64,000 nt of DNA from Oscillospiraceae bacterium (GTDB lineage Bacteria > Bacillota > Clostridia > Oscillospirales > Oscillospiraceae): assembly GCA_045601285.1 (NCBI GenBank), contig JAZRZJ010000038.1, positions 3,165 to 67,164 on the forward strand, written 5' to 3'. Position 1 is the stretch's first letter; each line of letters starts with the position of its first letter. Both the position numbers and the translations under genes were made by a program. Shown here piece after piece: positions 25,441-34,279 of the stretch. Below the pieces are notes generated by a model. The model saw only the letters and a program-made list of their open reading frames with translations. It did not search any database and was not told the DNA's origin.

Positions 25441-27452
25441 GCATGGTTATAGCTCTTGTGGGAAATCAGAATTGCGGCAAAACAACGCTTTTTAATCAGC
25501 TCACGGGCTCAAATCAGCATGTGGGCAACTTCCCGGGCGTGACGGTTGAGCATAAATTCGGCGATATAACAGGCTATAAAAACTGGCAGCTTGTTGATTT
25601 GCCGGGCATTTACTCAATCCGTTCATACTCTGGCGAGGAGCTTGTGGCGAGAAGCTTCATTCTTGACAACGATCCCGATGCCATATTAAACATTGCCGAT
25701 GCAACGAACATTGAGCGAAATCTTTATCTCACGCTCCAGCTCATTGAAATGGGGAAGCCCATGGTGCTTGCGCTCAATATGATGGACGAACTGCTTGGAA
25801 ATCACGGCTCCGTTGATGTGGATAAGCTTTCAAAGCGCCTCGGAATACCCGTTGTGCCGATTTCGGCGGCGAAAAATGACGGCGTTGAGGAGCTTATGGA
25901 AATTGTGGCGGAAACCGCAATGAACAAGCAGAAGCCGAAAAAAATCGACTTCTGCAAGGCGGGACCCGTTCACCGCTGCATACATACGGTGAGCCATGCG
26001 GTTGAGGATAACGCGGAAAGAATAGGAATACCGCCGCGCTTTGCTGCAACAAGGATAATCGAGCAGGACAGCGAGATTATCGGGCGCCTTGCGCTTGGTG
26101 AAAACAAGCTTGAGCTTATTGAGTACGCCGTGCATGAAATGGAAACGGAAAGCGGTCTTGACCGCAACGCAGCCCTTGCGGATATGCGCTACCGTTTTAT
26201 TGAGGCAGCCTGCGGCGAAGCTGTCGTCAAGGCAGAGGAGAGCAGGGAACAGCTCAGAAGCATTAAAATAGATAAGGTGCTCACCAATAAATTCCTTGCA
26301 ATTCCCGCCTTTATCTGCATAATGGCTTTCATCTTTCTGATGACCTTTGACCTGCTCGGACAGCGCCTTTCGGATTTGCTTTCCGGGGCAATTGACGCGC
26401 TGACTGCTGCGGCAGATGGGGCGCTGACGGCCTACGGGCTCAATCCCACGGTGCATAGCCTGGTGATAGACGGCGTTTTTGCGGGAGTGGGAAGCGTGCT
26501 GAGCTTTCTGCCGATAATCATTGTGCTGTTTTTCTTCCTTGCAATTCTTGAGGATACGGGTTATATGGCCCGCGTTGCCTTTGTAATGGACAGGCTGCTG
26601 AGAAAAATCGGACTTTCGGGACGCAGCTTTGTGCCGATGCTCATAGGCTTCGGCTGCAGCGTGCCTGCAATCATGGCAACGCGTACACTCTCCTCGGAGC
26701 GTGACCGGAAGATGACGATGATTATCGTGCCGTTTATGAGCTGCAGCGCGAAGATTCCCATTTATGCCATTTTCACGGCGGCATTTTTCCCGGGAAAGAG
26801 TGCGCTTGTCATGACAGCCCTTTACCTCGGCGGAATACTTGTGGGAATAATCGCCGCAAAGCTCCTGAGCGTGACGGCGTTTACGGGAAATCCCGTGCCC
26901 TTTGTCATGGAGCTTCCGAATTACCGTATGCCCTCGCTGAAAAGCGTCCTGCTGCTCATGTGGGAAAAGGCGTGGGATTTTATTCGCAGAGCATTTACCG
27001 TAATATTTGTTGCAACCGTCGTGATATGGTTTTTGCAGCATTTTGATGCCCGGCTCAATGTTGTTGGCTCCGACAGCACCACAAGCCTGCTGGCAGCCAT
27101 CGGCGAATTTATGGCTCCGTTTTTTGCGCCCCTGGGCTTCGGCGATTGGCGTGTTGTCACTTCGCTTGTAACGGGACTTATGGCGAAGGAAGCGGTAATC
27201 AGCACCATGGGCGTGCTGCTTAACGTGGGAAGCGATGGGCTTGCCGCGGCAATTTCGGGGCTGTTCACCGTGCCGGCTGCGCTCAGCTTCCTCAGCTTCT
27301 GCCTGCTTTACACACCCTGCGTTGCGGCTATCTCCGCAATTAAGCGGGAGCTGAACAGCGGAGCAAAAACGCTGCTCATCGTCATAAGTCAGTGCTGTGT
27401 GGCATGGCTTGTGTCGTACATTGTATATCTGCTTGCGGGGGTGCTGATATGA
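25437..27452 (+). CDS. feoB: Ferrous iron transporter FeoB
   Basis: 671 aa. N-terminal GTPase (GNQNCGKTTLFN, DLPG) followed by a polytopic membrane domain. Confidence 0.9.
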   Translation: MSMVIALVGNQNCGKTTLFNQLTGSNQHVGNFPGVTVEHKFGDITGYKNWQLVDLPGIYSIRSYSGEELVARSFILDNDPDAILNIADATNIERNLYLTLQLIEMGKPMVLALNMMDELLGNHGSVDVDKLSKRLGIPVVPISAAKNDGVEELMEIVAETAMNKQKPKKIDFCKAGPVHRCIHTVSHAVEDNAERIGIPPRFAATRIIEQDSEIIGRLALGENKLELIEYAVHEMETESGLDRNAALADMRYRFIEAACGEAVVKAEESREQLRSIKIDKVLTNKFLAIPAFICIMAFIFLMTFDLLGQRLSDLLSGAIDALTAAADGALTAYGLNPTVHSLVIDGVFAGVGSVLSFLPIIIVLFFFLAILEDTGYMARVAFVMDRLLRKIGLSGRSFVPMLIGFGCSVPAIMATRTLSSERDRKMTMIIVPFMSCSAKIPIYAIFTAAFFPGKSALVMTALYLGGILVGIIAAKLLSVTAFTGNPVPFVMELPNYRMPSLKSVLLLMWEKAWDFIRRAFTVIFVATVVIWFLQHFDARLNVVGSDSTTSLLAAIGEFMAPFFAPLGFGDWRVVTSLVTGLMAKEAVISTMGVLLNVGSDGLAAAISGLFTVPAALSFLSFCLLYTPCVAAISAIKRELNSGAKTLLIVISQCCVAWLVSYIVYLLAGVLI

Positions 27453-27577
27453 TGGAGATTATAATAGTAGCTCTTGTTGTGCTGTGGAGTATTTTTGCAA
27501 TAAAAAACAGCCGCAGACACAGCTGCTGCGGCCATTGCGCACAGTGCGCTGTAAAATGCAGGGACAAAGAGAAATAG
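27449..27577 (+). CDS. FeoB-associated Cys-rich small membrane protein
   Basis: 42 aa from MMEIIIVALVVLWSIF… with a C-terminal CCGHCAQCAVKC. The ATG overlaps the feoB stop (ATATGATG). Confidence 0.65.
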   Translation: MMEIIIVALVVLWSIFAIKNSRRHSCCGHCAQCAVKCRDKEK

Positions 27578-27582
27578 AATTA

Positions 27583-27745
27583 ATACTAAGCTCTAATAGA
27601 GATAAGACAATCTTTGCGGTTAAAATTGTGCCGTACAGCGTTGGCTTCCTTGACCATATATCTCCATTATGCTCTGCGGAAGCCGCCTCCTCCGGCGCAA
27701 ATTTTCCTCGCAAAGCTTTGTCTTCTTCTTATTAGAGTTTAGTAT
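27583..27745. repeat. ~37-nt inverted repeats flanking ~90 bp
   Basis: 27583-27619 (ATACTAAGCTCTAATAGAGATAAGACAATCTTTGCG) is roughly the reverse complement of 27709-27745. Confidence 0.75.
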
Positions 27746-27752
27746 AAAAACG

Positions 27753-27785
27753 AAAAGCTGACAGGTAAGAGCCTGTCAGCTTTTT
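27753..27785 (+). terminator. Intrinsic terminator of the feo operon
   Basis: AAAAGCTGACAGG taagag CCTGTCAGCTTTTT. Confidence 0.8.
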
Positions 27786-27789
27786 GCTG

Positions 27790-27918
27790 TCAGTATATTG
27801 ATGCGATGATAATGGCAAATACACTTGCGGCGATTGCCACAGCGGATTCAATAAACCATATCTTTTTTGCCGAGGCTTCATTCTCGGCGGGATTTTTAAT
27901 ATCAGTGTCAGTCTTCAT
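27790..27918 (-). CDS. Possible 42-aa small membrane protein
   Basis: MKTDTDIKNPAENEASAKKIWFIESAVAIAASVFAIIIASIY. GGAGAAG RBS 4 nt upstream and one hydrophobic helix. Too short to appear in the ORF track. Confidence 0.3.
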   Translation of the reverse strand: MKTDTDIKNPAENEASAKKIWFIESAVAIAASVFAIIIASIY

Positions 27919-27970
27919 AGCTTCTCCGAAAAACGCAGGGCAATAAAGCCCTGCGTTTTAATGCTTTTGA

Positions 27971-29977
27971 TTATTCAGCCTCAGCAAGTGCCTTTGCTTC
28001 TTCGATAACCTTCTGCTGAACGTTGCCGGGAGCTTCCTCATAGCGAACGAACTTGCAGGAGAAGGAGCCGCGGCCCTGAGTCATGGAGCGCAGGTCGATG
28101 GTGTAGGAGCCCATTTCTGCCATGGGAACTTCTGCCTCAACGATCTGCATGCCGTCTTCGGCGTTCATGCCGAGAACGGTGCCGCGACGCTTGGAGGAGA
28201 TATCGGACATAATGTCGCCGAGGTTCTCGTCGGGAATGGTGACCTTCAGGAGACCGATAGGCTCGAGAATGGTGGGCTTTGCCTTGGGGATACCGTCCTG
28301 ATATGCCAGACGTGCTGCGGTCTGGAATGCCATATCGTTGGAGTCAACGGGGTGGTAGGAGCCGTCATACAGAGTTGCCTTCAGACCAACCAGGGGATAA
28401 CCGGCGAGAACGCCCTTCTGGACTGCGTTGCGCAGACCCTTTTCAACGGAGGGGAAGAAGTTTTTGGGAACGGAGCCGCCGAATACTTCTTCGGCGAAGA
28501 TCATTTCATCGGACTCGTCCTGGGGCTCGAAGCGTACCCAGACGTCACCGAACTGACCGGAACCGCCGGACTGCTTCTTGTGACGGCCGTGAGCTTCAAC
28601 GCGACCCTTGATTTTTTCGCGGTATGCAACACGTGCGGGCTTGAGCTCGGTTTCAACGGAGAAGCGGCTCTTCAGCTTTGCACAGAGAACGTCGACCTGA
28701 ATGTCGCCTGCAGCGGAGATAACCATCTGGTGAGTTTCTGCGTTGTTGACGAGGGTGAAGGAGATGTCTTCTTCGTTAAGTCGTGCAAGACCTGCGGCAA
28801 CCTTGTCGTCCTGACCCTTGGTCTTGGGAGCGATTGCGATGTTGTAGCAGGGCTCGGGCATCTCGATTGCGGGAAGCTCGACCTCATTCTTGGGATCGCA
28901 TACGGTGTCGCCGGTTTTCCAGTCCATCTTGCCGATTGCAACGATGTCGCCGCAGCAGGCTTCTTTGACTTCGGTGCTCTTCTTGCCGCACATGGTGTAC
29001 ATTCTGCCGAGCTTGTCGGTGGAGGAAGCGCGCATATTGCGGAGTGAGAGGTCAGCGGTAACCTTGCCGGACATGACCTTGATGAAGCTGTATTTGCCGA
29101 ACTGGTCGGAAACGGTCTTGAATACGAAGCCGCAGACGGGATCGGCGGACTTGTCTTCGGGAGCGGGAGCATAGTCGCAGACTGCCTGCATGAATGCCTC
29201 GGTGCCGAGGTTGGTCATTGCGTCACCGCAGAGAACGGGAACAACGCTGCGGTCCTTCATGCCGAGCTGAATGCCCTTTACGATGTCAGCCTCGCCGAGT
29301 TCCATCTCTTCAAAGTACTTTTCCATGAGCTCTTCGTCAGCGCCTGCTGCGGTCTCCATAAGAGCCTCGCGGAGCTCTGCAGCCTTGTCAGCATCGGCTG
29401 CGGGAACAGCGATCTTTGCGGTCTTGCCGCCCTTGGTCTGATATGCGACGTTGTGAACGAGGTCGATAACGCCGGTGCCGTCGGACATGGGAGCAGCTAC
29501 GGGGCAGACGATGCTGCCGTACTTTGCCTGAAGTGCGGAAAGAACGTTGTAGAAATCGCCGTGCTCTTCGGAAATCTTGGAGATGTAGAACATTGCGGGA
29601 ACGTTTGCAGCCTTGAGGTATTTCCAGCTGCGCTCTGCACCGACGGAGATGCCGTCCTTTGCGGAGCAGAAGATAACGCCTGCATCTGCAACGCGGATTG
29701 CGGCGAGAACGTCGCCGACAAAGTCAAAGTAACCGGGGCAGTCAAGAACATTGATCTTGCAGCCGCCGAAGTTTACGGGAGCGACGGAGGTGGCGATGGT
29801 AATCTGGCGCTTGGTCTCCTCAGCGTCATAGTCGCAGACGGTGTTGCCGTCAGTAACCTTGCCCATACGGTCAACTGCACCGGTGCAGAACAGCATGCTC
29901 TCGGCAAGACTGGTCTTGCCGCTGTTGCCGTGACCCATGAAGCAAATGTTGCGGATGTTTTTGGTTTCGTAACTCAT
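27971..29977 (-). CDS. Elongation factor G paralog (EF-G2-like translational GTPase)
   Basis: 668 aa. G1 GHGNSGKT, G3 DCPG, EF-G domain II-V-like C-terminal part. Terminator at 27929-27960. Confidence 0.75.
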   Translation of the reverse strand: MSYETKNIRNICFMGHGNSGKTSLAESMLFCTGAVDRMGKVTDGNTVCDYDAEETKRQITIATSVAPVNFGGCKINVLDCPGYFDFVGDVLAAIRVADAGVIFCSAKDGISVGAERSWKYLKAANVPAMFYISKISEEHGDFYNVLSALQAKYGSIVCPVAAPMSDGTGVIDLVHNVAYQTKGGKTAKIAVPAADADKAAELREALMETAAGADEELMEKYFEEMELGEADIVKGIQLGMKDRSVVPVLCGDAMTNLGTEAFMQAVCDYAPAPEDKSADPVCGFVFKTVSDQFGKYSFIKVMSGKVTADLSLRNMRASSTDKLGRMYTMCGKKSTEVKEACCGDIVAIGKMDWKTGDTVCDPKNEVELPAIEMPEPCYNIAIAPKTKGQDDKVAAGLARLNEEDISFTLVNNAETHQMVISAAGDIQVDVLCAKLKSRFSVETELKPARVAYREKIKGRVEAHGRHKKQSGGSGQFGDVWVRFEPQDESDEMIFAEEVFGGSVPKNFFPSVEKGLRNAVQKGVLAGYPLVGLKATLYDGSYHPVDSNDMAFQTAARLAYQDGIPKAKPTILEPIGLLKVTIPDENLGDIMSDISSKRRGTVLGMNAEDGMQIVEAEVPMAEMGSYTIDLRSMTQGRGSFSCKFVRYEEAPGNVQQKVIEEAKALAEAE

Positions 29978-30072
29978 GTGTTGCTTCCTCTCTGAATATG
30001 ATAAATTAATTTAATGCAAAATTCGCAATGTTAGCATTATACACTATTTAGAATTTAATATCAACTGTTTTT

Positions 30073-32475
30073 TCACTCGGTTCTGAAGGTGAAGGACAGA
30101 ACGATTTCGGGCAGAAGCCATATCAGCATATAAATAAGAACGAAGGATACTCTTGCCATACCGTAGGCGGAGCTTGCGAAGAAAATGAACATAAGCAGCA
30201 TACCTATTACGGAAGAGAGAACGGAAAGAAGATTGCAGATGTTTACCAGAGTATAAAGCCGTCTGCCGTGGTCAGCAAGGTCAACATAGGACTCAAGACC
30301 GCCCTTTGAAAGAACTGCGGCGGGCTTGCTGTTTTCGGAGGGATTTGCCGAGGAAACGGCGTATCTCTTGGGAAAGGACGGGAAATCAAAGCCGTCGGTG
30401 GGCGTGTCAAACTTGCGGGACAGCATGGTGGGAGTGAGATTGAAGTCGCGGATCGCAAAAATGGGGTGGCGGTTGGAGGCGAGAAGCTTTTGCAGTGCAG
30501 TTTTCACGTCCTTGTCGGCATTGTAGTTCATCTCAAAAATGCCGCTGAGCACACCGTTTATTGCAAGATAAACACAGTTCTTGCTTACCACCTTGTCGAT
30601 GAGGCGGATATTCATGAGCTGCATGAAGCCCGAGGAACCGCACAGCACCTCTCTTCCGCCTATGAGAGCAACAAGACCGCCGCTTTCGTGGCATTTGAAC
30701 TCGTCAACCTCAAGCAGAGAACCGTTGCCCTTCTGCAGCAGGTCGTCAAAGGCACGGCTCATGGCACAGCCGGAGGCCGCCATGATGCTGCCTGCCATGG
30801 AAATGACGCTTGACGCATCGGAGCCGTCAAGAATGCGAAGCTCCTTGATGGAAACGTCCTCTGCGGCAAAAAGGTCGCGGTCGGTTATTACGATGTCCCT
30901 GCTCTTGCCCATGTCATAAAGACCTGACCAGCCTGCGATGCAGGCACCGTGGGGCGCAAGACTTGCGGCGGAAATGAAGAAGGGCAGAGCAAAGGAGAAG
31001 AGTATGGCGGCGGGAGCCGCAAAAACAAATATTCCGGAGAAAACATGAATGATGCTGCCCCAGCTTCCGCTGACTGCCGTTGCAATAAAGCCCAGCAGCA
31101 TGGCGGCGGGAATAAGAACGGGAGCCATTGAGGTGAAAGCGGACTCGTCGGGACCTGCCTCTTCGGTGCGGCGGACAAAGCCCTTTGTGCCGCGGTTTGA
31201 CTTGAGCAGGGTAATGCCTCCGTCATAAACATCGCTTTCTGCGGAAAGAGTATATTTGCGCTTTGATGATGCAGCAATGCGGAACACAAGGTAATTGGAG
31301 CGGCAGTTCATTGTGCTTCCAAGCATGGTAAGGCTAAGCGTCAGGGCGGAGACCGCACAGAAGGGGATACCGGGTGCGTTTGCTCCGCAGGCGATTATGA
31401 AGCCGTCAAGCATGGAAAAAACACATGACAGCGCCACGAGAGAGTTGGCGTTAAGGCGCTTTTGACCGATTGCCACAAGACCGGAGGTTATGACGTCAAG
31501 ACCGAGGATCATTACCGTAAGCAGAAGAATCAGGCATACGGCACCGGACACTGCAAGGTAATTAAGCGCACCGAAAACAGGCAGACCTAAGGATATGTAC
31601 ATAAGCACAGCGGTGAGCAGGAGAGCAAGCTTTGTGCGGCCTCGCAGACCGATGATGCGCTTTTCATAGAATTTTGCGGCTTTTGCAGGGGCAAGCTCCT
31701 CACCCAGATCTGCTTCCTCCTCGGGAGGCGCGGCGGTGAAAAAGTGGGTTGCCTGTCCGATTTTGACACCAATAAGCGCCAGCACGGAAAGCACAGTGCT
31801 GCCCACAAGCTTTCTGAAGGATTCGGGCTTCCTGCGGGTATGCTCCACAAGCTCACTGTCGGAAATGACATCTTCCGTAAGCTCGGAATAATCGGTGCCG
31901 CCCTCGGCATATTCGCCGCTGTCGGCGGTTTCTTCCTCGAACTCAATATCGGGCTGAATTACGGAATCCTCATTCCCGTCTTTGCCGTGAGAGGCGAAAA
32001 CATTGATGCGGCCGTGCTTCTTTTTTGAAGAGATATATTCAGCTTCGACAGCGTCATCTTCGGTAATCGCCGCTTCTTCCTCCTGCTTTACGGCAGGGGC
32101 TTCGGCGGGAGCAGCCTTCTCTTTGCTTTCGGAGGAAAAATGCTCACCGAGCACCTCAGCAATGATGCGGTCAAGCTCGTCCATCTCCTCAGGCTCTTCC
32201 GGGGCGGGAGCCTCGGCTTCCTGTTCAGAGGGTTCATCTTCGGGAAGCTCCTCCGCGGCTTCGGGCTCTGACGGCTCTTCAACGGAGCCGGAGTAAATGC
32301 GCACATCGTCACCGTCCCTGTCCAGCTCGATTCCGGCTGAAGCTTCACCGGGAAGCTCTTCCTCTTCGTCTGCCTTTTCCTCGGACGGCGGTGTGACGGT
32401 CTTTACGCCGAACTCCTTGAGAATGCTCTCAAGTGAGAACTCATTTTCATTCATTTCTAACTTATCAGTATCCAT
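30073..32475 (-). CDS. Polytopic membrane protein with an acidic disordered N-terminus and a degenerate P-type-ATPase-like core
   Basis: 800 aa. The first ~230 aa are E/D/P/A-rich, followed by multiple TM helices. A cytoplasmic block resembles the P1B-ATPase P/N domains (…GGREVLCGSSGFMQLMNI…, …VYLAINGVLSGIFEMNYNADKDVKTALQKLLASN…). It has ITDRDLF where DKTGT is expected, and no TGES or GDGxND. Confidence 0.55.
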   Translation of the reverse strand: MDTDKLEMNENEFSLESILKEFGVKTVTPPSEEKADEEEELPGEASAGIELDRDGDDVRIYSGSVEEPSEPEAAEELPEDEPSEQEAEAPAPEEPEEMDELDRIIAEVLGEHFSSESKEKAAPAEAPAVKQEEEAAITEDDAVEAEYISSKKKHGRINVFASHGKDGNEDSVIQPDIEFEEETADSGEYAEGGTDYSELTEDVISDSELVEHTRRKPESFRKLVGSTVLSVLALIGVKIGQATHFFTAAPPEEEADLGEELAPAKAAKFYEKRIIGLRGRTKLALLLTAVLMYISLGLPVFGALNYLAVSGAVCLILLLTVMILGLDVITSGLVAIGQKRLNANSLVALSCVFSMLDGFIIACGANAPGIPFCAVSALTLSLTMLGSTMNCRSNYLVFRIAASSKRKYTLSAESDVYDGGITLLKSNRGTKGFVRRTEEAGPDESAFTSMAPVLIPAAMLLGFIATAVSGSWGSIIHVFSGIFVFAAPAAILFSFALPFFISAASLAPHGACIAGWSGLYDMGKSRDIVITDRDLFAAEDVSIKELRILDGSDASSVISMAGSIMAASGCAMSRAFDDLLQKGNGSLLEVDEFKCHESGGLVALIGGREVLCGSSGFMQLMNIRLIDKVVSKNCVYLAINGVLSGIFEMNYNADKDVKTALQKLLASNRHPIFAIRDFNLTPTMLSRKFDTPTDGFDFPSFPKRYAVSSANPSENSKPAAVLSKGGLESYVDLADHGRRLYTLVNICNLLSVLSSVIGMLLMFIFFASSAYGMARVSFVLIYMLIWLLPEIVLSFTFRTE

Positions 32476-32486
32476 ATAAACTATCC

Positions 32487-33245
32487 TTATCTGGAATTTC
32501 CGCTGCGCTGACGCAGTACCTCGTACATAATAACGGTGCCTGCGGCGGAGGCGTTGAGGGAATTTATCCTGCCGACCATGGGGATATTTACAATGAAATC
32601 ACAGCTTTCGCGCACAAGACGGCCTATGCCGTCACCCTCGGAACCGATTACCAGGGCCATTGAGCCCGTGAAATCGGTTTTCCACAAATCAGAGGAGCCG
32701 CCTGCGGCAGCACCGTAAACCCAAAGCCCTTTTTCCTTGAGCTCCTTGAGTGCGGCGGGAAGATTTGCCACGCGGGCGATCTTCATGTGCTCTGCGGCAC
32801 CTGCGGAGGCCTTGCCTACAATTGCCGTAAGACCTGCGCTGCGGCGCTTGGGAATGATAACACCGTGTGCGCCTGAGCATTCGGCACTTCTGATGATTGC
32901 GCCGAGGTTTCTCGGGTCGCTGACCTCATCGCAGACTATGACGAAGGGAGCCTCGTTTCTTTCCTCCGCGACGGCGAGGATATCCTCAATGGAGCAGTAT
33001 TCATTGACTCCTATGAGAGCGATTACACCCTGATGCGCCTTTGTTACGCTCATGTTGTCAAGCTTGCGGCGGTCGGCATCAACAACAACAATGCCCGCCT
33101 CCCGTGCTTTTGAGGCGATGTGGCCGAGCGTCTTGTCGGTTTCACCCTTGGCGATAAAAATTTTATCTATGCTCCGGCCTACACGCAGAGCTTCAATGAC
33201 GGCATTGCGGCCTTCGATAATATCGTTTTTTATTTCATTTTCCAT
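32487..33245 (-). CDS. rlmB: 23S rRNA Gm2251 2'-O-methyltransferase RlmB (SpoU/TrmH family)
   Basis: SpoU motifs present (…GRNAVIEAL…, DPRNLGAIIRSA, LVIGSEGDGI, SLNASAA). The ATG at 33245 is preferred (GGGTG 6 nt upstream); the alternative is 33263. Confidence 0.8.
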   Translation of the reverse strand: MENEIKNDIIEGRNAVIEALRVGRSIDKIFIAKGETDKTLGHIASKAREAGIVVVDADRRKLDNMSVTKAHQGVIALIGVNEYCSIEDILAVAEERNEAPFVIVCDEVSDPRNLGAIIRSAECSGAHGVIIPKRRSAGLTAIVGKASAGAAEHMKIARVANLPAALKELKEKGLWVYGAAAGGSSDLWKTDFTGSMALVIGSEGDGIGRLVRESCDFIVNIPMVGRINSLNASAAGTVIMYEVLRQRSGNSR

Positions 33246-33404
33246 AGTTACACCCGTGTACATAATAATACAGAATACATATTATCATACATCAGTTAAA
33301 ACTTAAAGTAAAAAGTTTGCTCTTCGACAAATTTTTTGTGGACAATATATGGAATTAGTTGTACCATAAGCTAAAATGGTATAATTATCGTAAGGAGTGA
33401 CTTC

Positions 33405-34265
33405 GTGAGAAAACTAATGAAGAAGATTGACCTCTTCTGCTATAAGCATCCGAGATTCGGTATTCCGAATCTTATGAAATACATTGTCATCGGAACGGGC
33501 ATCGTCTGGCTCTTCATGCTCATGGATAAGACAAATTCGCTTCTCGGCTGGCTTGTGCTTGATCCGGGGCTTGTGCTGAGAGGTCAGATATGGCGTCTTG
33601 TGACCTTTGTGTTTGTGCCTCAGGATTTCTCGATGTGGATTCTGCTGTTTCTGTATTTTTATTACTGGATAGGCAGCATTCTCGAGCAGCAGTGGGGAAC
33701 ACCGCGATTTAATATTTTCCTGCTGTCAGGCATACTGCTGACGATAATCTTTGACTTCACCGTTTACTTTACGGCTGACGTGCTGTCAAGCCTTCACCTT
33801 ATGCTGTTCGGTCCCTATTACATTTACCTGTCCATGTTCTTCTCCTTCGCAACGCTTTTCCCGGACATGCAGGTGCTGTTCATGTTCATCATTCCGCTGA
33901 AGGTCAAATGGCTTGCGCTTCTGGACGCGGCATACTTCATTGTTGATGTTATAAGGCTTCCGTTCCCCGTAAATCTGCTGCCTGTTGTGGCAATACTCAA
34001 CTACCTTGTGTTCTTCGGCGCCGACATTGTTGATATGCTTACCGGCGGTATTCCCAAAAGAAGCAGGTCCACGGTGAATTTCAACAGAGAAAAGGCGAAA
34101 ATCAAGAACGAGGCAAGGGAAAAGAGCTATAACCACAAATGCGCTGTGTGCGGAAGAACGGATACAGAGTATCCGGGGCTTGAATTTCGCTACTGCTCGC
34201 GCTGTGCGGGTTACCACTGCTTCTGCTCCGACCATATAAACAATCACGTACATTTTACAGAATAA
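33405..34265 (+). CDS. Rhomboid-like polytopic membrane protein with a C-terminal Cys/His zinc-finger tail
   Basis: 286 aa with a GTG start and about 6 TM segments (…GQIWRLVTFVFVP…). Tail: CAVCG-x14-CSRC-x4-CFC-x2-H-x3-H. Confidence 0.6.
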   Translation: MRKLMKKIDLFCYKHPRFGIPNLMKYIVIGTGIVWLFMLMDKTNSLLGWLVLDPGLVLRGQIWRLVTFVFVPQDFSMWILLFLYFYYWIGSILEQQWGTPRFNIFLLSGILLTIIFDFTVYFTADVLSSLHLMLFGPYYIYLSMFFSFATLFPDMQVLFMFIIPLKVKWLALLDAAYFIVDVIRLPFPVNLLPVVAILNYLVFFGADIVDMLTGGIPKRSRSTVNFNREKAKIKNEAREKSYNHKCAVCGRTDTEYPGLEFRYCSRCAGYHCFCSDHINNHVHFTE

Positions 34266-34279
34266 GATAGGATAGAGAA

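Noticed and set aside
27971-29977. EF-G-like GTPase as a Tet(M)/Tet(O)-type ribosomal protection (tetracycline resistance) gene.
   Set aside because: The N-terminus and G1 motif (GHGNSGKT) do not resemble the AHVDAGKTT-type motif of Tet(M)-like proteins. The length and flanking housekeeping context fit the second EF-G paralog common in Clostridia. No mobile-element genes are nearby.
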